64,000 nucleotides of DNA from an uncultured Clostridium sp. Lineage in GTDB: Bacteria > Bacillota > Clostridia > TANB77 > CAG-465. Below the pieces are notes generated by a model that made no database searches, was not told where the DNA came from, and was given only the letters and a program-made list of their open reading frames with translations. Where the stretch lies: the NCBI GenBank assembly GCA_964481385.1, contig CAYZTN010000001.1:255-64254 (forward strand). Direction: 5' to 3'. The position numbers and the translations under genes are program-made. Below are positions 1-9,855 of the stretch, piece after piece. Positions within the stretch are counted from its first letter, which is position 1. Each line of letters opens with the position of its first letter.

Positions 1-1161
1 TTGCTCAACATACTCTGCAACCTTTTCCATCATTTCTGCTAAGTCTGTTTTCATACCAGTGTTTACCATCTGTATTACAATAGATGGTAAAGCTTTTTCA
101 GCTTCAAACGGTGTAAGCCATGAACCACCAGCAAGCAAGTCGGCTTTTCCAAGCTCAACTAATGATAAGAAGTAATAGTTATCTGTAACAGTTTTAGCAA
201 CATCTAAAGCGTCTTGAATTCTCATTCCGTTTTTAATGTTTAACAGCATCGCTTTAAAAAATTTGTTTACAATTATTTTTAAATACAGTGTACCGAACAC
301 AGGAAACTTAACTTTTACTTTATCTATTTGATATCTTCCCATAGGCGTTTTTATATATGCCCAAAAAGCAAGTATAATACCGGCAATCACCGTAATCACT
401 ACATACCAATACTGTAAAATCCACTCTGATACTTTCACAGCTATTTGCGTTGCTTTTGGCAACTCTTTTGTAGAACCAAACATATCATAAACATTTTGTA
501 TTAAAGGCGTACCCCACAAAAGTGCCACAATGGTAACAATAAGTATTAACACAAACAACAAAATTTTTGGCAATAAAATGCCTTTTATTTGCTTTGTTAA
601 CTTCATGTTGCTTTCTGTATAATCTCTAGCATAAAGCAAAGCTGTATCTAATGCCCCTGACTCCTCTCCTACTTTTACAAAATTAACATATACTGATGGA
701 AAGACTTTAGGATAAGCTAACATCATTTGGTGTATTGTAGAACCACCTTCTATTCCTATCAAAATATCATCTATTATATCTTTCATTTTAGGATTTTCAA
801 TAGTGTCATATAATGTTTCAAAAGCATCTATATTATTGAACTTAGCTTTTTTTAAAATATATAAACTGTTTGTAAATGTAAGCAAGTCTTTTTGTGTTAC
901 TCCACGTCCAACGTCAGATAATAACAAGGAAGTAAGTGTCCTTTTAGCAGGAGCTCTTCTAGAAGCACTTGCCCTATTTTTTTCCACATCTTGTTGAATT
1001 ACTTTTAACTTTTTTGTATCTATTTTATTATTTGTAATTCTAATTTCCTTTTTGGCAGAGACTCTTATTGGCTGAATTCTTGATAGTTTCAACTTTTTTA
1101 TGAGCTCCCTCTTATTTCTTGCTGTCATTGTTCCTCTAACATATTTACCATTTTTAAGCAT
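1..1161 (-). CDS. pilC: Type IV pilus platform protein PilC / GspF family (3' end beyond window)
   Basis: Hand translation of the reverse strand gives MLKNGKYVRG... with a GspF-like architecture: three TM segments, the repeated T2SS_F domain, the motifs GEESGALD and LTPFEAEKALPSIVIQMVNTG. RBS-spaced ATG at 1159-1161. Not in the ORF track because its stop lies outside the window. Confidence 0.8.
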   Translation of the reverse strand, partial: MLKNGKYVRGTMTARNKRELIKKLKLSRIQPIRVSAKKEIRITNNKIDTKKLKVIQQDVEKNRASASRRAPAKRTLTSLLLSDVGRGVTQKDLLTFTNSLYILKKAKFNNIDAFETLYDTIENPKMKDIIDDILIGIEGGSTIHQMMLAYPKVFPSVYVNFVKVGEESGALDTALLYARDYTESNMKLTKQIKGILLPKILLFVLILIVTIVALLWGTPLIQNVYDMFGSTKELPKATQIAVKVSEWILQYWYVVITVIAGIILAFWAYIKTPMGRYQIDKVKVKFPVFGTLYLKIIVNKFFKAMLLNIKNGMRIQDALDVAKTVTDNYYFLSLVELGKADLLAGGSWLTPFEAEKALPSIVIQMVNTGMKTDLAEMMEKVAEYVEQ

Positions 1162-1184
1162 GCCTCTATAATTGAATTCTGGCA

Positions 1185-2279
1185 CTATTTATCACTCCCC
1201 ATCATATTTAAAATCAAATTATAACTATCTGCTTCAACATACTTTTTCACTAATTCTAAATCAATTACATTACTGTTTATAAGATTTACAAAAGCTTTTT
1301 CATAACTTTGCATTCCGATCTCGCTTCCCCTATGTATTGCATCTTTTATTTCAGAAACGCTAAATGATTCTTGACGTATAAGTGCTCCCATTGTTGCATT
1401 TACAACCATTATTTCGGGAACCATAACAATATTACCATCTAACCCTTTAACTAGCTTTTGAGAAATAATACATTTCAATATATTAGATATTGTATATTTT
1501 ATAGCCCTCTGCTCATTTGGCGAATACATAGAAAGTATTCTTTCTATTGTTTCTCCTCCTGACCTAGTATGCATTGTTCCTATTACGAGTCCTCCTGCTT
1601 CCGCTAAATCTATAACTGCATCCATAGTTTTCCTATCCCTTATTTCTCCTACAATCGCAATATCAGAGTCCTCTCTCAAAAGATTTATTACACCATCATA
1701 ATATGTTGGTATATCAGCAACTGTATTTACCTCTTTTTGAATTACGACACTCTTTTTAGATTTGTGTACATACTCAATAGGTTCTTCTAACATAACAATT
1801 TTCTTGTTTTGTGTATGATTTAATTCTTGTACAAAAGCATTAAGTGTAGTGGTCTTTCCAGAATTTACACTTCCTGTAATTAGTACTAATCCTGAATTAT
1901 ATTGTTTTAATCTATCTATTACTTCTACAAGTTTTAACTTTTCTATATCTATACTCTCGTTACGTATAATCCTTATTGAAAACGTAGGAATACCATTAGC
2001 CATACTTGCATTTATTCTAAGTCTTACATTTTCATTTATTTCATACGGAAGGTCTAAACATTTTTTTTGCTCAAATTTCTCAACTAATTCTAAGCTATCT
2101 CCTACAATCGCCTCCATTAGGCTTTCAAGATCAAATCTATTCATTAGATCTATTCTATTATCTCTCACTAAAGTTTTATTTATTCTTAACAATGGTGGCA
2201 AACCGTCAGCCAAATGAATATCTGTCGCTCCCATCTCAATCGCATTTGATACTATAATTAAAAATTTTTCCATACGCAC
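1185..2279 (-). CDS. pilT: Twitching-motility ATPase PilT (type IV pilus retraction ATPase)
   Basis: 364 aa. Walker A GSVNSGKTTTL, Asp box, His box TMHTRSGGETIERI. Size and motifs are typical of PilT. Confidence 0.85.
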   Translation of the reverse strand: MRMEKFLIIVSNAIEMGATDIHLADGLPPLLRINKTLVRDNRIDLMNRFDLESLMEAIVGDSLELVEKFEQKKCLDLPYEINENVRLRINASMANGIPTFSIRIIRNESIDIEKLKLVEVIDRLKQYNSGLVLITGSVNSGKTTTLNAFVQELNHTQNKKIVMLEEPIEYVHKSKKSVVIQKEVNTVADIPTYYDGVINLLREDSDIAIVGEIRDRKTMDAVIDLAEAGGLVIGTMHTRSGGETIERILSMYSPNEQRAIKYTISNILKCIISQKLVKGLDGNIVMVPEIMVVNATMGALIRQESFSVSEIKDAIHRGSEIGMQSYEKAFVNLINSNVIDLELVKKYVEADSYNLILNMMGSDK

Positions 2280-2291
2280 CTCTTCTTTTGT

Positions 2292-3932
2292 TTATATAAC
2301 TATTTTCTTCTCTATTTCAGGAATTGTTGTTCTTCCATCCAAACACTTCTTAGCTGCATCAGCTATCAACGGTTTATATTCCGTATTTTCCATTGCGTAA
2401 CGTCTTAAGTCTATGGCTGAAGCTCCTTCAGCAATCATTTCTTTCATTTTCTCATCCACACAAAGAATTTCAAACGCACCAGTCCTTTCAAAGTATCCGG
2501 TGTTGTTGCACTTTTTACATCCAACCGGCTCATACATTGTTGCTTTTTGTAAATCAAATTTCACACCTGCATACTTTTCAACTTTTTCAAAATATGATTT
2601 GTCTGCTTCAGTCATTTGGTGTGGCTTCTTACAATTAGGACATAATTCCCTTATAAGTCGCTGAGATACAATTGTTACAACCGAAGATGATACATCATAA
2701 TCACTTATTCCCATTTTCCTAATTCTTGTAATCGCCTCTATTGCATCTATTGTATGTATTGTTGTTAACACCAAGTGACCTGTTTGACCAGCTTCTATTG
2801 CAGTTTTCGCAGTCTCTGCATCTCTTATCTCACCTACAAGTATAATGTTAGGATCCTGTCTTAAAACAGTTCTTAATGCGCCAGCAAAAGATACATTGTG
2901 TCCGATTTCTACTTGATTCGCTTCCGGCATTCTAATTTCTACCGGATTTTCTATTGTTACAACGTTTATATCTGGTCTATTTAAATAATCTAATATTGAA
3001 TATAAAGTTGTAGTTTTACCTTCGCCAGTTGGAGCACACATTACAATTAGACTTGAACGTTTATCAAACGCTTTTCTCATAAGTTCTTCGTCCTTTGGAA
3101 AACCTAAATCAAATAGCTTTCTAACACTACCATTTTTCTTAAGCAAACGTAAAACAAATTTTTCACCATTTATGTTCTTTTGTGTAGATACACGAATACT
3201 GTAGTTTTCATAATCATTTATTCTACCATCTTGGTCCGTAGAAATCTCTTGGTGCATATTAGAAATAGATTTAATTCTTCCTGTAAGCATTGCCTGTCTA
3301 GATTTAGGAAGTTCTGAAACTGTAACTAAATCTCCATCTATTCTATAACGAATTCTTACTCTATTCTCCATTGGTTCAATATGAATATCACTAGCTCTTT
3401 GTTTAATTGCTGTTAATATGATATTATCAACCAATACAGTTGTATCTTTTTCATCAGTATTTACATATTTGTCTTGTACATTTTTTACGTTTTTTACTTG
3501 ATTCATTATCATAGAATAAAGTGTTACGTATTTTTCCATTTCTAATCCTTTGGCTAAAAGTTGCAATCTTACCGTATCTACCGCTTCTAAATTACCAGGA
3601 TCAGCAAAAGCCACTTTAATGACATTACCAGAAACAGAGAATGGAAATGCTTTACTATTTATAACTGTATCTCTTGACATATATGCAGCATAATCAATTT
3701 CCACATTATTCTCAAGTATTACAGCTCGTTCTCCTAGCTTTTTAGCTAAAATTTCCAATAACGCTTCTTTTGGACAAAGATTTAATATATCTACTATTTC
3801 ACCTATTTTTAAATCTGGGTGTTGCTTTTGATACCTTAATGCTTGATCTATCCCTTCTTGTGTAATTACACCTGCATTTACAAGTTCAACACCTAAAGGA
3901 TTTTTCTTGTTTTTAATATTTTCAAACATCAA
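2292..3932 (-). CDS. pilB: Type IV pilus assembly ATPase PilB / GspE family
   Basis: 546 aa. N-terminal GSPII_E_N-like domain, Walker A PTGEGKTTTLYS, C-terminal tetracysteine zinc motif CPNCKK...CKKCNNTGY. Confidence 0.9.
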   Translation of the reverse strand: MMFENIKNKKNPLGVELVNAGVITQEGIDQALRYQKQHPDLKIGEIVDILNLCPKEALLEILAKKLGERAVILENNVEIDYAAYMSRDTVINSKAFPFSVSGNVIKVAFADPGNLEAVDTVRLQLLAKGLEMEKYVTLYSMIMNQVKNVKNVQDKYVNTDEKDTTVLVDNIILTAIKQRASDIHIEPMENRVRIRYRIDGDLVTVSELPKSRQAMLTGRIKSISNMHQEISTDQDGRINDYENYSIRVSTQKNINGEKFVLRLLKKNGSVRKLFDLGFPKDEELMRKAFDKRSSLIVMCAPTGEGKTTTLYSILDYLNRPDINVVTIENPVEIRMPEANQVEIGHNVSFAGALRTVLRQDPNIILVGEIRDAETAKTAIEAGQTGHLVLTTIHTIDAIEAITRIRKMGISDYDVSSSVVTIVSQRLIRELCPNCKKPHQMTEADKSYFEKVEKYAGVKFDLQKATMYEPVGCKKCNNTGYFERTGAFEILCVDEKMKEMIAEGASAIDLRRYAMENTEYKPLIADAAKKCLDGRTTIPEIEKKIVI

Positions 3933-3941
3933 TTTTACCTC

Positions 3942-4148
3942 CTATAAAACATCTGCGATATAATTATACTCCATTTCATATAAATTTTGTATATTTGTAT
4001 AATATTTTTCGTGCATTTTCTTTAAATGTAATATATCTGTATAAGCAGAAGCAATATATACTAAAAAAACTACTGCAGTTACAATAATTGTAACTGTCGC
4101 TGACCCTTTTTTCATGTTATACTTTGAATTAAAATTATATACTCTCAT
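3942..4148 (-). CDS. Small pilin-like protein (prepilin-type N-terminus MKKG|SATVTIIV)
   Basis: The ORF-track start at 4157 is a GTG placed directly on the RBS. The ATG at 4146-4148 has AGGAGA 9 nt upstream. Leader MRVYNFNSKYNMKKG, then a 20-aa hydrophobic helix. No E at +5. Confidence 0.4.
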   Translation of the reverse strand: MRVYNFNSKYNMKKGSATVTIIVTAVVFLVYIASAYTDILHLKKMHEKYYTNIQNLYEMEYNYIADVL

Positions 4149-4153
4149 ACAGT

Positions 4154-4573
4154 TCACTCTCCTACGTATATAATGATTTTTCTTTCCATATTATGTGTAT
4201 ACCTTTTTAAGGTTACATCGATATCTACTAAGTTATTTTCTACATCACCTATACTAAAACTTGAAATGTTTTTGCATAACACACCATCATTCATTTTCAA
4301 CTCTTTTTTATCCGCATCGTACAAAAAAATATCGCCATTTGAAAACGTAATAGACTTTGTGCTATTAACAGTAACTGAACTACTTTCTAACGCACTCTTA
4401 TTTAAATAATACATAATCTTTTCATAATGTGTCATATCTTGAGCAATACCTTTATCAGCAAAAACTGTATCTGACAAATTATTTGAAATTACCAAAGCGA
4501 TACCCGTAAATGCTACAAGTAACATTATGTAGACTACCACAGACATCATTGTTAAACCTCTCTTCTTGCTCAT
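4154..4573 (-). CDS. Minor pilin-like protein (N-terminus KRG|LTMMSVVVYIMLLVAF)
   Basis: 139 aa. Basic leader, Gly, then about 20 hydrophobic residues and a periplasmic domain. Overlaps its neighbours by 4 nt (operon). Confidence 0.45.
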   Translation of the reverse strand: MSKKRGLTMMSVVVYIMLLVAFTGIALVISNNLSDTVFADKGIAQDMTHYEKIMYYLNKSALESSSVTVNSTKSITFSNGDIFLYDADKKELKMNDGVLCKNISSFSIGDVENNLVDIDVTLKRYTHNMERKIIIYVGE

Positions 4574-5433
4574 AAAGTCTCCTCCATCTTAAGTGCATCT
4601 AATGATACATTATATGTTTCGCCATTAACTAAATAGCTTACTGTCACATTTATATTCTTTGCATTATCTATTATTTCTTCGCTTCCTTTTAGCTTATCTG
4701 TAATTGTTACTGCATATGTGTAAGTTATATTGTCTAACTTTTCAGTTCCGCTGCTGTTTTCTAAACTAACATAGGCTTTCGCCTTTTGTACATTCATAAG
4801 ATTTAAACATAAACCCGTCGCATCAATTTTCCTTTTATATACAGATAAGTTGTTTGAATAATTTGCAATCGTGTACACCGCAACTAAAAAGAAAAACATG
4901 AATATCACTATAGCAACAACTATATCAACATTTAAACCGCCTGCTTTTTTATTTGCTTGTTCCTTTTTTTCTTTTCTATTCTTTTTGCTTTCTTCCTTAT
5001 CTTTTTTCCTTTTCTCAACAACTTTTTGTACTTCTTTCTTTTCTTCTTCAGTCATTTTAGCTTCCATTATATCAGAACCAATAACTAAAAATAAATAAAC
5101 AAAACATACAATAAGTACTAAAGCCTGCCATGAGATACCACAAATCATGAATATAAATAAAAATACAAAACCTGTAAATAATTCTATTAGCGGATACCTA
5201 ATGCTTATTTTTTGGCAACAATACTTGCACCTTCCAACAGTAGAAATATAGCTCAAAACTGGGAAACAATCGAAAAAGCCTAAACGATGTTTACACTTAG
5301 GACAATACGACCTAGTGTGAGTTATATCTTGTTTTCTTGGAATTCTATATATAGCAAGTGTAAAAAAGCTTCCAAATAACAACCCTACAACAAATACGAA
5401 AATTGCATATATCAAATAAATAGTCTCATTCAT
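4570..5433 (-). CDS. Atypical prepilin-peptidase-like membrane protein (DiS-P-DiS zinc-finger N-domain + lysine-rich insert)
   Basis: N-terminus GSFFTLAIYRIPR...CPKCKH...CKYCCQKISIRYPLIEL is the Peptidase_A24 N-terminal (PF06750-type) CxxC...CxxC domain. Then come TM helices and a 40-aa K/E-rich segment EEEKKEVQKVVEKRKKDKEESKKNRKEKKEQ. The canonical GGGDVK second-Asp motif is absent; GGLNVDI sits in its place. Confidence 0.6.
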   Translation of the reverse strand: MNETIYLIYAIFVFVVGLLFGSFFTLAIYRIPRKQDITHTRSYCPKCKHRLGFFDCFPVLSYISTVGRCKYCCQKISIRYPLIELFTGFVFLFIFMICGISWQALVLIVCFVYLFLVIGSDIMEAKMTEEEKKEVQKVVEKRKKDKEESKKNRKEKKEQANKKAGGLNVDIVVAIVIFMFFFLVAVYTIANYSNNLSVYKRKIDATGLCLNLMNVQKAKAYVSLENSSGTEKLDNITYTYAVTITDKLKGSEEIIDNAKNINVTVSYLVNGETYNVSLDALKMEETL

Positions 5434-5514
5434 ACCTTACCTCCACATATAAATACTTAGTTCAAAAAATCATTCTCAACTAAATATTTAATTTATTTAT
5501 AATATATAATACTT

Positions 5515-5547
5515 AGGACATATACATTATCTTCATGCATATGTCCT
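5515..5547 (-). terminator. Perfect 9-bp-stem hairpin immediately downstream of the candidate major pilin gene (possible attenuator/terminator)
   Basis: aggacatat-N15-atatgtcct. A stem-loop after the major pilin gene is common in pilus operons. On the minus strand it is followed by AU-rich sequence, not a clean U-run. Confidence 0.3.
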
Positions 5548-5582
5548 TTGTTTTCATTCGTATCAGATTATACAATTTTAAA

Positions 5583-5924
5583 TTAATCAGTTGCAACTGT
5601 AGGTCTTCCTGTATCTTCGTCGAAGGCTACAATTAATCCACTAACTTTGAAACCTTGATCTGACAATATTTTCTCATAATCCGCTTGTTTCATAATAGTT
5701 GTGCCATCTTCTTTATATGCTTTTCCATCTGTTCCTCTTGCAACAGCAGCAGCATACTCCATAGCAATAACATTACTTGCGTTTGCTCTATCTGCTTTTT
5801 TTACAGCACTATTAGCTTGTTCTATAACATTTGTGCTAGATAAGCTAACTATTATTGCACCTGCAAGAATCGCTAACACAATTATTGTTATTACCAATAC
5901 AATTAATGATATACCTTTTTTCAT
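5583..5924 (-). CDS. Pilin-like protein, candidate major pilin (MKKG|ISLIVLVITIIVLAILAGAIIV)
   Basis: 113 aa. Short basic leader plus Gly, a 22-aa hydrophobic alpha1-like helix, then a globular domain. Sits in the pilus operon between the pilMNO genes and the peptidase-like gene. Confidence 0.55.
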   Translation of the reverse strand: MKKGISLIVLVITIIVLAILAGAIIVSLSSTNVIEQANSAVKKADRANASNVIAMEYAAAVARGTDGKAYKEDGTTIMKQADYEKILSDQGFKVSGLIVAFDEDTGRPTVATD

Positions 5925-5991
5925 ACATAATTCCTCCTATTTTAAATTTATATTACATCACGCAAAAGGTTAATGCGTGCTATAACCCAAT

Positions 5992-6378
5992 CTACTTTCC
6001 GGTAATAGGTTTACTACTACCTGTACCACTTGTTGAGCCACTACCTGTAGCATCTGTTCCTATAATAGCACTAGGCTCATTATAAATTGTTACATCTCCT
6101 TTCGGAGTAAACGGATTTATATTTCCTGGTTCATATTGTCCTTTTACTTGCCCATCTCTTACCTGAGACGAGTTAGTCTCATGCATCTCCCAATTCTCCT
6201 CTTTTTGAGGATCATACTTAGTATCTTCATACGTAAAATCAGTTTTTTTCACCTTATCGTACGTAATCCCTGTAATATATGATTGGGATTGAGGTATCAA
6301 TATAAGCATAAGAACTAATGCTAGAGATACCAATACAACAACTATACTAATTAACGTAATCCATGCATTTTTACTCAT
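5992..6378 (-). CDS. Membrane-anchored protein with Gly/Ser/Thr-rich C-terminus (possible PilP-like pilus component)
   Basis: 128 aa. One N-terminal TM (ITLISIVVVLVSLALVLMLILI). C-terminal low-complexity GTDATGSGSTSGTGSS. Called only from its position inside the pilus operon. Confidence 0.3.
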   Translation of the reverse strand: MSKNAWITLISIVVVLVSLALVLMLILIPQSQSYITGITYDKVKKTDFTYEDTKYDPQKEENWEMHETNSSQVRDGQVKGQYEPGNINPFTPKGDVTIYNEPSAIIGTDATGSGSTSGTGSSKPITGK

Positions 6379-6396
6379 GTTAGTTCCTCCTATTCT

Positions 6397-6984
6397 TTAA
6401 AATAATACCTCCATATTAAGAACATCAAACGTAGCACTTACTTTATTGTCTCCGCTATATTCCATCAGCATATTGTCCAATTTAAATTTTAAATCGTTAT
6501 CACTTTCAACCTCAAATACAAAATTTGCTATATCTGAGTACCTTCCAACAAGGTTAATTTTAATAGTTCCATTCGCAGAAGCTTCGCCGCCTTGTCTTGG
6601 ATCTTTAATAGTTAGCGCTAAGCTATTACTATCTGCATATCCCCCCAACACAATCCACAACCAATCTATATAATAATGCTCTTCTCTAGTTGCTTCTTTT
6701 ATTGTGTTTAATTTTTCTTCACTTATACTACTATACTCATTTTTTGCTTTCTCATATGCTTTTTTCGCAGTTTCTAAATTTGAGTTTGCAATATCATATT
6801 GCTTTTTAGCGACATCCAACTCTATCGTAGCCGTTTCTAGTTCTACATCTTTAATCTTCATATCAGTGATAGACAATGTTTTAATCTTTCCTAAATCTAC
6901 CGTTTTCAAAGTAACATATGTAAGACCAGCTATAAGCAAAATTAATACCAAAGCTAAAGTCCCTGTTATTATATATTGCTTCAT
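6397..6984 (-). CDS. PilO-like inner-membrane pilus alignment protein
   Basis: 195 aa. N-terminal TM, a coiled-coil segment and a periplasmic domain. Located directly downstream of the pilMN fusion. Confidence 0.4.
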   Translation of the reverse strand: MKQYIITGTLALVLILLIAGLTYVTLKTVDLGKIKTLSITDMKIKDVELETATIELDVAKKQYDIANSNLETAKKAYEKAKNEYSSISEEKLNTIKEATREEHYYIDWLWIVLGGYADSNSLALTIKDPRQGGEASANGTIKINLVGRYSDIANFVFEVESDNDLKFKLDNMLMEYSGDNKVSATFDVLNMEVLF

Positions 6985-8627
6985 GGCAAATCACCACCTA
7001 TCGTTACTGTTATTACAGTATCATGTGTAACAGCTGTAGTTCTAACGCTAGAAGCAGCTAATACACCTTCTAATTTTAGCTGTGACACAAAATATCCTAA
7101 CTTAGCATAGGAATCTGATGTAGCAACTATAGTTACGTGTTTCGAAGAGTCTGACTTAATAGATTTTAGTGTCACACCATCAGGTATATATTTAGACACT
7201 TTTAACATAAATAACGCAACATTATATGTTGAATACTTTCCTATTTCGCCATTAGTTATCTTTCTTATAGTCTCATTTACATAACTTACATAATTGCTAT
7301 ATTTTTCTTTATTAGAATTAATATATGCTATATCAGAATTAACCAACAATGTACTGTCTGTAACTTTTGCCTTTTCCTCTAAAACATTTGATATCTGTTT
7401 ATCCATCTGAGCATTATATATACCAGTAAATACGGAATACAACAAAAGTAGAGTGAAGATTATTACATTTGCAAATATAAGTACAGACTTTATCTTTTCG
7501 ATATTTATATTACCAATAAACACATTTTCATTTCTATTTAACTTAGACTTTAATTTTTGTTTATCTTTAATTTCTCGAGCACCAACACTTTTTTGCTTAG
7601 TGGTTTTTGAAAATATGCTTCCAAATTTTTTATTCTGTCTCAAGAAATCCAGCTCTGTTCTTTCCATCATCAACGCTTCATACGCCAATGCAAAAGCTTC
7701 ATTCGCTTCAAATATCTCTGCTAAATTAATACTAGAATCTCTAGTATCTATAAAAGCCGGTTTAAGTTTCTCGGATGGTATATCAAAGTATTGCTCAAAT
7801 AACATTTCGCTATTTATAAACAAAGTTATCATTCCACTTAAATATATTTTATCCACGTTTACTTTTAGCTCATTAATTTTGTTTTGAATTCTATTTAATG
7901 CATCTTGCAACACCGGTTCAATTATCTGTTCTAGTTCAGGATTATTAGCATTACTATTATCAGAAAAAATATTTATAGTTTTACATGTATCATATGCTTT
8001 TTGATAAGAGCCTAATATTTCCGGGAAAGTATCTAATATTTTTCTCATTCCCAACTCCATATTTACTATATCTAACAATTTCCCGCCATTTACAAATATT
8101 AAATTAGTGTCTTCATTCATGTCTATTATCAAATAATTACTCTCTGATTTTGGAGCAATTTCATCCAATATATATGGTACAGGATACATAGACGTAACCG
8201 GAGAATTTGCATTGTCAAGATACTTGCTAACATCTGGTCTATCTTTGACAATTATATTAGCAGTATAATTGTCATGTGACACCAGAGAATCTAGCAATGT
8301 ATATTTATATATACAGCTTCTTTCACTCTTATCTTCATTACCAGTAAAATCAACCACTTCTAGGTCTATCAGGCTCTCTAAGTCATTTTTGCTTATTATT
8401 CTTAGTACTTCTGTTTTATGTATTTTATCGTTAACCGAATTTATGCACACAGGAACACCTTCACTGCCAGTTGCAGTGACAATGCTATTAATTACATCTG
8501 ATTTATTTCCTAGGTGAATTTTTGTCCCGTAAGTTACTGCTTTTATTCCAGATGAGTTGTCATCTTTTACTAATTTAGCATACTTTACGACTTTATCACC
8601 AATATAAATACCTAAACAGCTACTCAT
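6981..8627 (-). CDS. pilMN: PilM-PilN fusion protein (actin-like ATPase domain + TM + PilN-like periplasmic domain)
   Basis: 548 aa. N-terminus LGIYIGDKVVKYAKL resembles the PilM GxDIGxxxIK start. Central TM IKSVLIFANVIIFTLLLLYSVF. PilM-N fusions are known in Clostridia. It is the first gene of the operon. Confidence 0.6.
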   Translation of the reverse strand: MSSCLGIYIGDKVVKYAKLVKDDNSSGIKAVTYGTKIHLGNKSDVINSIVTATGSEGVPVCINSVNDKIHKTEVLRIISKNDLESLIDLEVVDFTGNEDKSERSCIYKYTLLDSLVSHDNYTANIIVKDRPDVSKYLDNANSPVTSMYPVPYILDEIAPKSESNYLIIDMNEDTNLIFVNGGKLLDIVNMELGMRKILDTFPEILGSYQKAYDTCKTINIFSDNSNANNPELEQIIEPVLQDALNRIQNKINELKVNVDKIYLSGMITLFINSEMLFEQYFDIPSEKLKPAFIDTRDSSINLAEIFEANEAFALAYEALMMERTELDFLRQNKKFGSIFSKTTKQKSVGAREIKDKQKLKSKLNRNENVFIGNINIEKIKSVLIFANVIIFTLLLLYSVFTGIYNAQMDKQISNVLEEKAKVTDSTLLVNSDIAYINSNKEKYSNYVSYVNETIRKITNGEIGKYSTYNVALFMLKVSKYIPDGVTLKSIKSDSSKHVTIVATSDSYAKLGYFVSQLKLEGVLAASSVRTTAVTHDTVITVTIGGDLP

Positions 8628-8691
8628 TTTTTCTCCTTATTCCATATAAATATTGCCATTATCCTTAGTACTTCAAATTCTATACTTCAAA

Positions 8692-8721
8692 TAATTTATC
8701 ACATTTTTTTACACAGGTCAA
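8692..8721 (-). promoter_or_regulatory. Candidate sigma-A promoter for the pilus operon (TTGACC-18-TAAATT)
   Basis: Read on the minus strand upstream of pilMN. RBS AAGGAGA precedes the ATG at 8627. Confidence 0.3.
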
Positions 8722-8811
8722 CAAATTTCTTGTGCTTAATATAAATGTATCAAAACTGTAATATTTTTGTAATATTTTGTGCGCTTTTTTCAAGATTATG
8801 AAAGAGGACCT

Positions 8812-8843
8812 ACAAAAAAGGACTTGCAAAAAGTCCTTTTTTA
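8812..8843. terminator. Bidirectional rho-independent terminator
   Basis: aaaaaAGGACTTgcaaaAAGTCCTtttttatt. An 8-bp stem flanked by an A-run and a T-run, immediately 3' of the asp23-like gene. Confidence 0.7.
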
Positions 8844-9302
8844 TTACTCATCAATTGAAGTCTTTTTTTCTTTATCAAAAGTAACACCCTGTACATTAAT
8901 ATTAACTGCTTTTACATTTAAGCCAGTCATGCTCTCGACTGAGCTCTTAACTGAATTTTGAATCGAAAAAGCAACATCAGGAATTTTAACTCCATATTTT
9001 ACTATTACATACAAATCAATTGTTACATCGTTACCTTCGAGCTCTATTTTTACTCCTTTTGTATATTTCTTGTTGTTTCCCAACATTTGGTTTATTCCAT
9101 CAACAAAACCCAAAGTCATACCTGAAACGCCTTCAACTTCAGCAGCAGCTAATCCAGCAATTATTCCAATTACTTCTTCTGAAATCGTGAGATTACTTGC
9201 AATTTCCACGCTAGCACCCATGCTTTCTGAAACTCCAACGATTTCATTATTTAACTCAACTTTATTCTTTTCTCCCATAAAATCAAATCCTTTCTTTTTC
9301 AC
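8844..9302 (-). CDS. Asp23/Gls24 family alkaline-shock protein
   Basis: 152 aa. VEGVSGMTLGF...VNINVQGV matches the Asp23/DUF322 family pattern. Confidence 0.8.
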   Translation of the reverse strand: MKKKGFDFMGEKNKVELNNEIVGVSESMGASVEIASNLTISEEVIGIIAGLAAAEVEGVSGMTLGFVDGINQMLGNNKKYTKGVKIELEGNDVTIDLYVIVKYGVKIPDVAFSIQNSVKSSVESMTGLNVKAVNINVQGVTFDKEKKTSIDE

Positions 9303-9372
9303 AAGTATAAAACTAGTATATCAAAACAAATTTAAAATTCAAGCTATTCATATAATTTCACACAAACAAAAC

Positions 9373-9834
9373 TCATTTTAACTCATCTGTCACCCTATAA
9401 TATATTTTATCGTTATATTTAAAACCTCTAACGTAATATAAAGTTCCATCATTAGACAAACCATAATAATCTGTTTCAGTATCTCCGCTACCAGTGGTTA
9501 CTTCATCATACCCTAACAAAGACACATCAATTACTGTCAATTCTAATCCAATAAGCGCTTCTCCGAATTTATCGCCAAATTGCAGTTCGTCAGCTTCATC
9601 GTCAGCCACCAACACTATTGTACTATCAACATTATTTTGTTTTTTTATAGGATATGTTTGATTATTATCGTAATACCTTCTAACGGCCGTTTCAACTAAC
9701 ATATAATCTGCTACAAATCTAGATTTTTCTGCATTTTTAAAATACTGTGTACTATTTATTACAACTATACTTGTTATTATACTAAATATTATCAATACAA
9801 TTCCTAATGTTACAAGAGATATTCCCTTTTTCAC
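9373..9834 (-). CDS. Pilin-like protein (MKKG|ISLVTLGIVLIIFSIITSIVV)
   Basis: The ORF track starts at a TTG at 9849. A GTG at 9832-9834 with GGAGGG 5 nt upstream gives MKKGISL, matching the paralogs. The following segment AVRRYYDNNQTYP resembles the pilin alpha1 C-terminal region. Confidence 0.5.
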   Translation of the reverse strand: MKKGISLVTLGIVLIIFSIITSIVVINSTQYFKNAEKSRFVADYMLVETAVRRYYDNNQTYPIKKQNNVDSTIVLVADDEADELQFGDKFGEALIGLELTVIDVSLLGYDEVTTGSGDTETDYYGLSNDGTLYYVRGFKYNDKIYYRVTDELK

Positions 9835-9855
9835 TTTTTCCCTCCACAAAATATA

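Noticed and set aside
803-997. Plus-strand ORF (64 aa)
   Set aside because: Lies antisense within the pilC coding region. No RBS.
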